NCBI GenBank assembly: GCA_017462485.1
Contig: JAFTRA010000042.1
Location: forward strand, 119,214-183,213
Reading direction: 5' to 3'
Origin: Clostridia bacterium
GTDB taxonomy: Bacteria; Bacillota; Clostridia; Oscillospirales; CAG-272
Length of the DNA stretch: 64,000 nt
Shown here: in pieces, positions 63,803-64,000 of the stretch
Numbering within the stretch: the stretch's first letter is position 1
Layout: each line of letters opens with the position of its first letter
Position numbers and translations under genes: made by a program
Notes under the pieces: generated by a model
Told to the model about the DNA's origin: nothing
The model's database searches: none
Seen by the model: only the letters and a program-made list of their open reading frames with translations

Positions 63803-64000
63803 ATAATACACATAATAGAACGCTGAAATGTATATTATAAACAGCGCTACGACTATCAATGGATAAAGTACCGCGTTTCCGCCCACGAGATTATAAATAA
63901 TATCGTAAGGAGTTCCGTCACCCTTCATAAGAAACATATAGTTATACGGTATAAGTACGTTTGCGGTATACGCCATAATACAGAAGCTTAACAGTATTGA
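63758..64000 (-). CDS. hypothetical membrane protein, N-terminus beyond window edge
   Basis: The frame stays open upstream of the annotated Met to base 64000. Hydrophobic C-terminal helix, then KEKATKEKSAEI. Confidence 0.5.
   Translation of the reverse strand, partial: SILLSFCIMAYTANVLIPYNYMFLMKGDGTPYDIIYNLVGGNAVLYPLIVVALFIIYISAFYYVYYLIKEKATKEKSAEI

Overview
This 64 kb window looks like chromosomal DNA from a low-to-mid GC, saccharolytic Firmicute (Clostridia-like). The evidence is AGGAGG-type ribosome binding sites (RBS), lipobox lipoproteins, a type-A RNase P RNA and many glycoside hydrolases with AraC regulators. Bases 1-12183 are a Wzx/Wzy-type polysaccharide locus: GT4, Wzy, TupA-like ATP-grasp, AspC-like aminotransferase, Wzx, acetyltransferase, a sugar-1-kinase plus nucleotidyltransferase, UDP-GlcA 4-epimerase, RfbB and GDPD. 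The rest mixes carbohydrate genes (GH4, two GH2-like, GH36, a GPH transporter, UxuA, an MsmX-type ATPase) with housekeeping genes (gap, rnpB, tagA, proBAC, tRNA-Gln). I found no transposase, integrase, phage or CRISPR genes. Five things are not explained by ordinary annotation. (1) Two inverted copies of an ornate, nested hairpin-and-heptamer element, each capped by a shared 19-nt inverted repeat, bracket a 2.5 kb island holding tRNA-Gln, an unknown gene and an ADP-ribosylglycohydrolase. (2) A 1046-aa lipoprotein carries about 125 cysteines in tandem zinc-ribbon-like modules, and a smaller Cys-rich lipoprotein lies nearby. (3) A 278-bp MITE splits an XRE gene. (4) A repeated intergenic element of about 200 nt follows gap and msmX. 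(5) Direct repeats of about 135 bp flank an AraC plus FAD-oxidoreductase cassette. All functional calls come from reading motifs by eye; no database search was run.
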